Assembly (NCBI RefSeq): GCF_001194135.2
Contig: NC_068986.1
Location: 101,937,977 to 101,980,385, forward strand
From: Octopus bimaculoides
Taxonomy: Eukaryota
Direction: 5' to 3'
Length of the DNA stretch: 42,409 bases
This document shows positions 10,531-20,978 of the stretch, piece by piece; the stretch's first letter is position 1, and the number at the start of each line of letters is the position of its first letter. The notes under the pieces were generated by a model. It did no database searches. It was given only the letters and a program-made list of their open reading frames with translations, and had not been told where the DNA came from. Both the position numbers and the translations under genes were made by a program.

Positions 10531-12082
10531 CTTCATTCAATCAAACTACTAAAGATATAATGCTTGGAAAACTTCTGTCGCCCTTAAGAATAAGTTTTCG
10601 TCTGACGATTTTCAGAGTCAGATGCATTGAAGGTAATGTGATTTATAAAGTTTATGATCAATGTCAGAGGAGAACCATTAATTCTGTAATTCTGTTCTCT
10701 GTAGCATATAAATAAATGTGTGCAACGGTTTCAAACGCTTGTCTGATATGGGAAACTTTCGGTATATTTTTTACCCGTCATATTTACGCTTTAGATATGG
10801 GAGTTACGAACGAGTAAATTACTACAGTTTTGGTGGTCATTTTCCTTAAAAACGCTATCAAAATCACAGGAAAAACGTGAATTACCTGTTGACCACGCGA
10901 CAGATATATATATATATATATATATACATATATGTATATGTTTGTGCGTGTGTGTGTGTACAATATATGCTCAAATAAGTGCCCCTGTTTATTTATTTAT
11001 ACACAACCTGGCGCGTTTGCTTCAGATTTATATTTTCATTGTCATTATATTCGGATAAATTCTGAGATTCATATTTCTAGATATTTTCTAATTCCTTTTT
11101 GTCTTCTACATACATATATTTGCATGAATATATGCGAAGGATTTCCTAGCTTTAAATAAACGTAAAAGCTAACGTATTATTGACAAGCAGCTTTAATATA
11201 TTCATTCGTATATATCGGAAGAAGGAAGTTTTGAGGGGAAAGTAACTTGTAAATGTCATCGTTTGAGAAAACAAACGTCGGAGTTGGGAAATAATGATTT
11301 AATCGATTCCTTAGAACGAGATGTGGATGCATATTTTGACAATTTAAGTAAAAAGATATTTAGGAATATGGTGACATTTATTGAAGAGCGCTCATTAAAT
11401 ATCTAAATAGTGATTCATTATTTTGATGGACGATTAAAGATTTTCCCTGCAGTACATTTTCTATAAGTATGACTTCCAGTTTTATATAGTTTAAATCATT
11501 TGACGGCCGTTCATTCAATCTTCATAATTTAAATAATTCAGAGACACTTACTTTCGAAAAATAAATGTTAATGTGAAATTACAAGTCAAGACTGTAAACC
11601 ACGTGATAATAAACATCATATTTAAATACTCCTGTTCTGAACTATACAGAAAGAGGCACATTGCCATGAACACACATACATAGATATATATGTATACACA
11701 TGTATATATGCACATTTATGCACATTTTGTTTTGGAAACATATACATTCATATATCCATAAGCGGGCAGAAATGCATACACACAAATGTATGCGGACAAG
11801 CTTGCATACCACGCATCTACAGACACGCACAAACATATACGTTGAAATGGCCTCTAAAAATTCACTTCAGACTCACAAAGCCTAGGTTAACTAGGCCTAT
11901 TCTGGATATCAATTACCAAATTGCCCCATAGTTAGATTCCATCCGACATAAGCTGCTTCCAATGCGATCTCTTTAAACAGTCTTGCATATGCTTCATATT
12001 CTTTCACATGTATATTGAACTCTCAACCTTACACACAAACAAACAAACAAAGACGCAAGTATACATAAGCAAATATATATAA

Positions 12083-12302
12083 GCGAGCTGGCAGAATCGT
12101 TAGCACGCCGGGCGAAATGCTTAGCGGTATTTTGTCCGCCGTTACGTTCTGACTTCAAATTCCGGCGAGTTCGACTTTGCCGTTCATCCTTTCCGGGTCG
12201 ATTAAATAAGTACCAGTTACGCACTGGAGTCGGTGTAATCGACTTAAATCCTTTGTTTGTCCTCTCTATGTTTAGCCCCTTGTGGGAAATAAAAAAAAAT
12301 AA
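12083..12302 (+). mobile_element. tRNA-derived SINE, family A, full length, tail type 1
   Basis: GCGAGCTGGCAGAATCGTTAGCACGCCGGGCGAAATGCTTAGCGG (A-box-like), CTTCAAATTCC (B-box-like), tail CCTCTCTATGTTTAGCCCCTTGTGGGAAATAAAAAAAA. It explains ORF 11994..12491. Confidence 0.9.
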
Positions 12303-13313
12303 TATATACATAATATATAAGCAAAATGATAGAGAGTGTGGGGCATACAACAGACTGAGGAATGTGAGGCATGATGAAACATAGGGCGAACGAGGAGACT
12401 GAAATGTAGTCTTTCTAGAACAAGGGATATTCATATAATTATGAAAAGTAACAAGAAAAGTAGGTTGGAATAGCAATTGTACGAATTGCAATATGCATTT
12501 GTTACTGATGCTTCTGACGGTTAATACAATAATGATTAATAATATTTAATCGACTGTTGTTCTGGACATCAAACGTTGGTAGCTCAAATAATCTGCTAAA
12601 ACAAATCATTACTTATTGAAATATTTGTCTATAACATGTTTTAATATGTCTGGTTCATCCAAACAGCAATATATAACGAGTGAATATGTGTGTCGCTTTT
12701 TTTTTTTTACAACATTTGTATCACACGAAATGTTTTCGCTTTTATGATAATAAAGACGATTTGTGTACTTTTTGTGGTTCTTCAGAATATAAAAAAAAAC
12801 TGTAATCAATACAAATAGACCGAGTAATATCAGATAACGCGATTAAACGGCGTATTCTTGGTTTTGTGTATTAGACGTAAGTGAAAATTATACTAGTCTA
12901 AAGCAATTTACATCACTTGTCAAAGTCGGTATTTTATGTGATAAATGCAGAGAAACAAAATATGAACGTTTTGTTTTAATATTCACTAAAATATATATAT
13001 ATATAACTATTGGAAAACTCTGTTATGAACGTACACTCAAAGTCACGAAGATGCTTAAACATATATGTACATAGGATACTGATAGCATATACACAGAGGC
13101 ATGGACAAAAACATATGTAGAGATACAAAAACAAAAAAAAAACGCATGTGCATATATTTTTCTATCCATTATTTCTTTCAGTCATTAGACTGAGGTCATA
13201 CAAGGGTACACACTTCAGGAATTTCAGTGCAAAATATCGACCCCGTACTTTAATTTGTTTAAGCCTGATACGTAATTGATCTGTTTCTTTTGACGATTTT
13301 CTAAGAAACGAAC

Positions 13314-13525
13314 GCGGTGAGCTGGCAGAAACGTTAGCACGCCGGGCGAAATGCTTAGCGGTATTTCGTCTATCATTACGTTCAAAGTTCAAATTCCGCC
13401 GAAGTCGATTTTGCCATTCATCATTTTAGGGTCGATTAATTAAGTAACCAGTTGCTAATGTGGTCGGTCTCAAAGACTGGACCCATCCCCCAAAATTTCG
13501 TGCCTTGTGCCAAGAGTAGTAAATA
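13314..13525 (+). mobile_element. tRNA-derived SINE, family A, full length, tail type 2
   Basis: Same head as 12083; B-box GTTCAAATTCC at 13387-13397; tail CCCCCAAAATTTCGTGCCTTGTGCCAAGAGTAG. Confidence 0.9.
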
Positions 13526-13629
13526 ATCTCTAATTTACGCTGGGTTACTTACACGCAAACACCGGTTGTCAACACTTTACAAAATCTACCCAAGATGCCA
13601 AGCAGCAGACTGAACCGCGAACCATATAT

Positions 13630-13707
13630 ATATATGGATGGATGGATGCATGTATGGATGTATGTATGTATGCATGTAAATGTATGGATACGGATACTCA
13701 CATGTAT

Positions 13708-13767
<60 letters not shown>

Positions 13768-14430
13768 NNNNNNNNNNNNNNNNNNNNNNNNNNNNNNNNN
13801 NNNNNNNNNNNNNNNNNNNNNNNNNNNNNNNNNNNNNNNNNNNNNNNNNNNNNNNNNNNNNNNNNNNNNNNNNNNNNNNNNNNNNNNNNNNNNNNNNNNN
13901 NNNNNNNNNNNNNNNNNNNNNNNNNNNNNNNNNNNNNNNNNNNNNNNNNNNNNNNNNNNNNNNNNNNNNNNNNNNNNNNNNNNNNNNNNNNNNNNNNNNN
14001 NNNNNNNNNNNNNNNNNNNNNNNNNNNNNNNNNNNNNNNNNNNNNNNNNNNNNNNNNNNNNNNNNNNNNNNNNNNNNNNNNNNNNNNNNNNNNNNNNNNN
14101 NNNNNNNNNNNNNNNNNNNNNNNNNNNNNNNNNNNNNNNNNNNNNNNNNNNNNNNNNNNNNNNNNNNNNNNNNNNNNNNNNNNNNNNNNNNNNNNNNNNN
14201 NNNNNNNNNNNNNNNNNNNNNNNNNNNNNNNNNNNNNNNNNNNNNNNNNNNNNNNNNNNNNNNNNNNNNNNNNNNNNNNNNNNNNNNNNNNNNNNNNNNN
14301 NNNNNNNNNNNNNNNNNNNNNNNNNNNNNNNNNNNNNNNNNNNNNNNNNNNNNNNNNNNNNNNNNNNNNNNNNNNNNNNNNNNNNNNNNNNNNNNNNNNN
14401 NNNNNNNNNNNNNNNNNNNNNNNNNNNNNN

Positions 14431-14460
<30 letters not shown>
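13630..14460. repeat. (GAT/GTAT/CA/TA)n microsatellites flanking a long N gap (about 13768-14430)
   Basis: Seen directly; all 280-360 aa ORFs here are X-runs. Confidence 0.95.
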
Positions 14461-14466
<6 letters not shown>

Positions 14467-15329
14467 CCACGTATATACATACGATGAATAGACATATGAT
14501 ATATACACTTATGGAAGTTTATATGCGTGTGTATTCTTTTCTGAAAGAGAGAAAGAGGGCGGAGTGGAGAGAGAAAGAGAGACTGTATGTGTATGTGCCT
14601 GTGTATGAGTGTGTTGTGTGTGTATGTATGTGCGTGTGTGCGTGTGTAGAAAGTGACAGATACGACAAATATGCTGACAGGGAAACATGGCACGTAGACC
14701 TGTTAGAGATGATATCTACTAATAGAAACATGATATATAAGTATCTACCAATATGACGACAATAAGAAACGTGAATTAGTTTACGAAAATCAAAGAAAAA
14801 TTGAAACGTAAAGATATACTGAGATACTGAAAGAGAGATGGCAACTGAGCCTCAGAGCCTATACTATGAAAAACATTAACCATTCATTTTAGATATATTA
14901 AATATACATAGACATGATCATATGTACATATTTCAGTCCGAAATTCCTCATCCATTTTTAGCTTCTATTATCGAAACCACTTTCAATGACTTCATAACTG
15001 CATGCTATCCGCTGTCAGATAAAGTATTATTAAAATATTTTCAATGTTGTTTTCAACATTTAAGGTCTACGTGATTTGAAATCACGCTCGCAGCTTCCGT
15101 TCTTTCATATATTTCCCAACAGTGTATGTGCTGTTTGATTTTTTAATTTTTTTTTATATCATTCTCAGAAAGTACGTAGGAATAAATATACAGGGAATAA
15201 AAGAATTGATGGCATAAAAGAATTGAGCATATAAACAGAAGCGTATATACATACATATCCTTATATATGTACACATGATTATTTACCTATCTACCAACCT
15301 ACCTCTCAACTTACCTGTTTATATGTTTA

Positions 15330-15385
15330 TCTATGTGTCTATATATCTATTTGTCAGTCAATCTATCTATTTATCTATCTATTTG

Positions 15386-15418
<33 letters not shown>

Positions 15419-16036
15419 TTATATGTCTCTGTCTTTCTCTCACTTTGTTTCTCTCTCTCTCTCTCTGGATNNNNNNNNNNNNNNNNNNNNNNNNNNNNNN
15501 NNNNNNNNNNNNNNNNNNNNNNNNNNNNNNNNNNNNNNNNNNNNNNNNNNNNNNNNNNNNNNNNNNNNNNNNNNNNNNNNNNNNNNNNNNNNNNNNNNNN
15601 NNNNNNNNNNNNNNNNNNNNNNNNNNNNNNNNNNNNNNNNNNNNNNNNNNNNNNNNNNNNNNNNNNNNNNNNNNNNNNNNNNNNNNNNNNNNNNNNNNNN
15701 NNNNNNNNNNNNNNNNNNNNNNNNNNNNNNNNNNNNNNNNNNNNNNNNNNNNNNNNNNNNNNNNNNNNNNNNNNNNNNNNNNNNNNNNNNNNNNNNNNNN
15801 NNNNNNNNNNNNNNNNNNNNNNNNNNNNNNNNNNNNNNNNNNNNNNNNNNNNNNNNNNNNNNNNNNNNNNNNNNNNNNNNNNNNNNNNNNNNNNNNNNNN
15901 NNNNNNNNNNNNNNNNNNNNNNNNNNNNNNNNNNNNNNNNNNNNNNNNNNNNNNNNNNNNNNNNNNNNNNNNNNNNNNNNNNNNNNNNNNNNNNNNNNNN
16001 NNNNNNNNNNNNNNNNNNNNNNNNNNNNNNNNNNNN

Positions 16037-16079
<43 letters not shown>

Positions 16080-16105
16080 GTGTGTGTGTGTGTGTGTGTA
16101 TGTTT
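15330..16105. repeat. (TATC)n, (CT)n, (TA)n and (GT)n microsatellites flanking the N gap 15471-16035
   Basis: Seen directly. Confidence 0.95.
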
Positions 16106-16446
16106 GTGTGTCTGTGTGCGTATAATGTCATATGTGTTTTATATTATTTTTTTTACAAATACAATATAACATATATATATATATACAGAAATGTATATAC
16201 ATACCAACGTTTATATATATTTACAAACACATGTAAGTGTCCGTGTCTATGCGTGTGCGTGCGTATGTGTTTGTGATTATGTGGGAGCGCAGCGTGGTGT
16301 GTCCCAGCGGGATATTATTATGTTATGGTTACACCATGTTAGATGTTGAAAAACTGAAGGAAAAAAAAAAATCATGAAAATAAATTATAATGATAAATCT
16401 GGAAAACATGCTTCCTCAAATAATAGATATTCTGAATGTGACTCAC

Positions 16447-16452
16447 ATATGT
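16447..16452 (-). CDS. Candidate 6-nt microexon (ACATAT)
   Basis: Minus strand reads tttcattttcttcttttgcag|ACATAT|gtgagt: strong polypyrimidine acceptor, consensus donor, frame-preserving length. No expression evidence. Confidence 0.25.
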
Positions 16453-16845
16453 CTGCAAAAGAAGAAAATGAAACATATTTGTAAATATGTTTTTTTTCAT
16501 ACATGTCTGCCAGATAGAAAATGAGAAACATTGCTGACAGTACTCATGCATGTATGTATACAATGATACGTCATAGACGTACAAAGGAAGTATTTGTGTT
16601 TACGTGTGTATGTCTGTCTGTGTTTTAGTATGGTTTTGTGAGTAGTTCTGAGTGTTGAATGCTTGTGAATGTACGTGTGTATGTGTGTTGTTCGTATGCT
16701 GGCTTTCTATAATGTTTAATTAAATTACTTAAGATTATGCGTTTGTAAACGTATTTGTAAATTATTTCACCAGTTTTATGTATACATCTTGATTCTATTT
16801 TGTCTTCGTTTTACCATTTGTTATTTTTTTTTCAGAATTAACAAT

Positions 16846-17150
16846 GCAGGTACAAATGATGCTGTCTGGTAAGAGGATTGTTTCTCAATTACAAGGTACT
16901 CTGTTGAGTCCTACTGAGTGGAATCTTGGGCAACTGTCTTCTACTATAGCCTCGTGCCGGTCACAGCTTTGAGAGTGGATTTGGTAGACGAAGATTTCAG
17001 TTGGTCCAATCAATGGAACAGCCTGCTTGTGAAATTAACGTGCAATGGCTGAGTACTCTACATACACCTCTACTCTTGACGTAGTACTAAAGAAGATTCA
17101 GCGTGACACAGAGTATGACAAGGCTGGCCCTTTGAAATACAGGCACTACA
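16846..17150 (+). mobile_element. tRNA-derived SINE, family B, diverged, with a different 3' module
   Basis: Core CTTGGGCAACTGTCTTCTACTATAGCCTCG...GAGTGGATTTGGTAGACG matches the reverse complement of 1125-1187. It is followed by TTGGTCCAATCAATGGAACAGCC...GGCTGGCCCTTTGAAATACAGG instead of the tail seen at 850-1050. Confidence 0.75.
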
Positions 17151-17384
17151 AACATGAAGAAAAAGTGAGAGAAAATGTATGATGCAATAGTACAGCAATA
17201 TTTGTAGTGCAGTAAGTACATGTAGTTGAAACGCTTAGTAGGATTGAACTCTTCTCGGTTGGAGTACTCTTCATATTCAATTTGTGCGAGTGAGTTGTGT
17301 GAGCAATATTGATAAGTAACGTTTTACTTTGCGGACATCTCACGATGTGCATCCAGTCCACGCATATTTACATGAAAACACATT

Positions 17385-17558
17385 CGTGCACACATACGCA
17401 CACGCATATACAAACACACACACACGCAAACACACTTACACATGCACACATACACACACATATATACAAACGCACACACACACGCAAACACACATACACA
17501 TGCACACATACACGCACAGACACACGCACACATACACACACACAGACACACACACACA

Positions 17559-17592
<34 letters not shown>
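17385..17592. repeat. Long imperfect (CA)n microsatellite
   Basis: Seen directly; source of the HTHT and VCVC ORFs. Confidence 0.95.
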
Positions 17593-18198
17593 AATAATGC
17601 AAATATGATTGAAGGATAAACAAAATGTTGGTGAAAGTGAGAATGTGTACGTGTGCATGCCATAGAAAATGAAAGAAACTTTCCGTAGCTAGAGATATTT
17701 ACGAAAAATACATGTAAAAAAAGCCCATTATTTTTTTTTTACTATTTTACATATCCCATCAGTACATAAACGTGTATTGAGTATCAAGTGAGGTGTTACG
17801 ACTTCGTGTTTCTGGATGAATTAGTAAATGAATTTACATAGTTAACTTTGAAAAATATTCATTGAGCTTGGTTGGGCATATAAAACCCATAGTAAACCGA
17901 ATGCACGCTCATTTATTTACAAATATATTCATGAATATGCACGTATAGTAGATAGGTAAATGAATGGGCAATGCACAAGAATGTAATATGTAAATGAGCA
18001 AAAGCGAGGTTTGTTATTCGTTGCATTTTCCAGAGATTGCACACAAGCACACATTTAATTTCCTCCTCCTTCTCAATCCCTTTTTCCGTTGCTTTATTTT
18101 GCATGTACTCTCTTCGTAGACCACATGACATAATTAGTCTTGACCTAGTCATAAAAATGGGGAATGCCTGTTCCAGAATTTCTTCACTCCATTCTGAA

Positions 18199-18312
18199 GA
18201 GAGAGAGACAGAGAGAGAGACAGAGAGAGACAGAGAGAGAGAGACAGAGAGAGACAGAGAGAGAGAGACAGAGAGAGACAGAGAGAGAGACAGCGAGAGA
18301 CAGAGTGACAGA
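18199..18312. repeat. (GA)n interrupted by CA: GAGAGACA-type compound repeat
   Basis: Seen directly. Confidence 0.95.
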
Positions 18313-19393
18313 GATGTGGTGTTTAACACTGGCGTTTATATGCTCAGTAATTGTAAGTTTATATTTATGATATATTTACAAGTAATAATATTTACAAAGT
18401 TACTACGAAGATGCAAAATAGTGTATCTGAACGAGTGTATATAACTCTAAACGTATATAACTCTAAATATACATCCTTTCTAATATCGAAGTTTGTATTG
18501 TGTATATNNNNNNNNNNNNNNNNNNNNNNNNNNNNNNNNNNNNNNNNNNNNNNNNNNNNNNNNNNNNNNNNNNNNNNNNNNNNNNNNNNNNNNNNNNNNN
18601 NNNNNNNNNNNNNNNNNNNNNNNNNNNNNNNNNNNNNNNNNNNNNNNNNNNNNNNNNNNNNNNNNNNNNNNNNNNNNNNNNNNNNNNNNNNNNNNNNNNN
18701 NNNNNNNNNNNNNNNNNNNNNNNNNNNNNNNNNNNNNNNNNNNNNNNNNNNNNNNNNNNNNNNNNNNNNNNNNNNNNNNNNNNNNNNNNNNNNNNNNNNN
18801 NNNNNNNNNNNNNNNNNNNNNNNNNNNNNNNNNNNNNNNNNNNNNNNNNNNNNNNNNNNNNNNNNNNNNNNNNNNNNNNNNNNNNNNNNNNNNNNNNNNN
18901 NNNNNNNNNNNNNNNNNNNNNNNNNNNNNNNNNNNNNNNNNNNNNNNNNNNNNNNNNNNNNNNNNNNNNNNNNNNNNNNNNNNNNNNNNNNNNNNNNNNN
19001 NNNNNNNNNNNNNNNNNNNNNNNNNNNNNNNNNNNNNNNNNNNNNNNNNNNNNNNNNNNNNNNNNNNNNNNNNNNNNNNNNNNNNNNNNNNNNNNNNNNN
19101 NNNNNNNNNNNNNNNNNNNNNNNNNNNNNNNNNNNNNNNNNNNNNNNNNNNNNNNNNNNNNNNNNNNNNNNNNNNNNNNNNNNNNNNNNNNNNNNNNNNN
19201 NNNNNNNNNNNNNNNNNNNNNNNNNNNNNNNNNNNNNNNNNNNNNNNNNNNNNNNNNNNNNNNNNNNNNNNNNNNNNNNNNNNNNNNNNNNNNNNNNNNN
19301 NNNNNNNNNNNNNNNNNNNNNNNNNNNNNNNNNNNNNNNNNNNNNNNNNNNNNNNNNNNNNNNNNNNNNNNNNNNNNNNNNNNNNNNNNNNNN

Positions 19394-19448
<55 letters not shown>

Positions 19449-19549
19449 TCTCTCCGTTTTACTCATGTGAGATCTTGGTCGCCGAAACAAAGGCAGAGTA
19501 AGTATCTCTTGTCATTTACAATAATTCATAATTCAATTAGGGTAAGGTG

Positions 19550-20750
19550 AATTTGAAATCTTTACAGCCGTGTCTGGGGAAATCCAAGTAGTAGGTTAGC
19601 ATATTTATGTTGTTTCCGGTGATAATGCAGTGTTCTTTATTATTGCTGTAGTTCGTTTTTTTCTATGCTGTTTTGAATCAGTGAAGAAATCTGTGGCGGG
19701 CTTTTTAACATGCATTGTATTTTGCAGTTTTGCGCTATTCGGCAGATGATTTCAGACGAGTCCTTCTCTATCTATTCACATGCACTATATTATGCAATTC
19801 TATTCCGGGTGAATTCTTCAACATGTACCTTTGATGTATATTACAATGCAGCTGCAGTGAGTTCTGAGATATCTTTCAGGTATCTATCCTTTCTTCCGGG
19901 TAATTGAGATTAAAGGATGTATGCATTCCCCTAACACATTCCAACGGAATGCTTTACTCTCATGACCGAGTTAATAAATTGCAATGGACGACACCATACG
20001 GTCTTCTTATGGTGACACAAATCAATTGGTAGTAGAATGCGTGTGCTCGTTTTCACACTTTGGTGATTGATCGACGTACATCTGCTGTTTGTCTGGCAAT
20101 CATTTTGAAATTTCTACTTGATATTTTCAAATTTTAAGCCAGCCTGTTTATAAATTATGTCACTTGGATGATATTTATGACATCACTTGCGAAGGAGTAA
20201 GTCTGTGGTACTGATACTTCTTTTAATACTTTGGACGCTCGAAATTGTGGTGCGGTTGGTGTGGAACTAGGAATTGTAGTTGTTTTACAGGAGCATTGTT
20301 CATTTCACTCTTGACAGTTTACCACTGGTTTTGACATTGGTGGTCACGCTTGTGCTTTTTTTACTTTGTCCAGAAACACTTTCTTCACTGCTTTATAAAT
20401 ACTATTGTTATTCTAGTTGTTGGTCATCTAACGCCTGTTCTCGCTATGGTCTAACTATGGTCGTGGTATTACTAGTGATGCTTTTGGAGTATTGTCGTTT
20501 CTCCTAGTTTTTGTTGCAACGATGTTAGAGATTGATAGGGATTATATGCTTTGGTTTCTGTTTTTCGTGCCCCTTTGTATTTGATGCACTTTCAACCGTT
20601 ACGGTTTCGTGTTGATTTAATTATAGGGACGGATGGAATACCTGGTGTAAACGTTTACAGATGCATTTTCCCAGCTTCCATCAAAAAATTTCACATGACC
20701 TGCCGAATGCTCGGAGGATAATATAACTGATAATTTCTTTAGATCTTGGT
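19550..20750 (-). mobile_element. Possible very old LINE relic (ORF1 C-terminal half plus start of APE endonuclease)
   Basis: Minus-strand fragments in LINE order: YTRYSIRPY (about 20620-20645), KP*R..KCIKYKG-H (20566-20591, knuckle-like), a T/S/P-rich stretch, RWNV-RG-MH (19921-19946, needs a frameshift) and AAAL*YT (19835-19855, ALQET-like). Many stops; the alignment is by eye. Confidence 0.3.
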
Positions 20751-20893
20751 CACTTCATCAAAGACATCATTCAGTTTTATTTACAGTTTCTGATTTTAAA
20801 CTGAGTTTAACAATAGTAAATACTGAGCAATATAAGAGGGTATGTATATAAAAAAATTACAGCAACATCAAACATAAAAGAGTAAGAATTAGG

Positions 20894-20978
20894 AAGAACA
20901 ACAACTATAGGAGAGAAAGAACAACAACTATAGGAGAGAAAGAACAACAACTATAGGAGAGAAAGAACAAGAACTATA
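20894..20978 (+). repeat. 23-bp minisatellite, 3 perfect copies plus a partial copy
   Basis: AAGAACAACAACTATAGGAGAGA at 20894, 20917 and 20940; partial copy from 20963. Confidence 0.95.

Noticed and set aside
12083-12170. tRNA gene call for the A-box/B-box heads
   Set aside because: Box spacing is too long, no cloverleaf forms, and each head continues into SINE body and tail; treated as SINEs.
11994-12491. 165-aa minus-strand ORF
   Set aside because: Antisense read-through of a SINE plus simple repeats; same for 13162..13392 and 38705..38905.
15305-15320. Perfect minus-strand donor CAG|GTAAGT
   Set aside because: Upstream sequence is GATA microsatellite with no plausible exon.
18159-18200. 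MGNACSR... myristoylation-like start and the opposite-strand acceptor after the (CT)n tract
   Set aside because: The plus frame runs straight into a GA microsatellite; the minus acceptor strength derives from the microsatellite itself.
20894-20978. Possible CRISPR-like direct repeats
   Set aside because: Head-to-tail tandem units with no spacers, in eukaryotic DNA with no cas genes.
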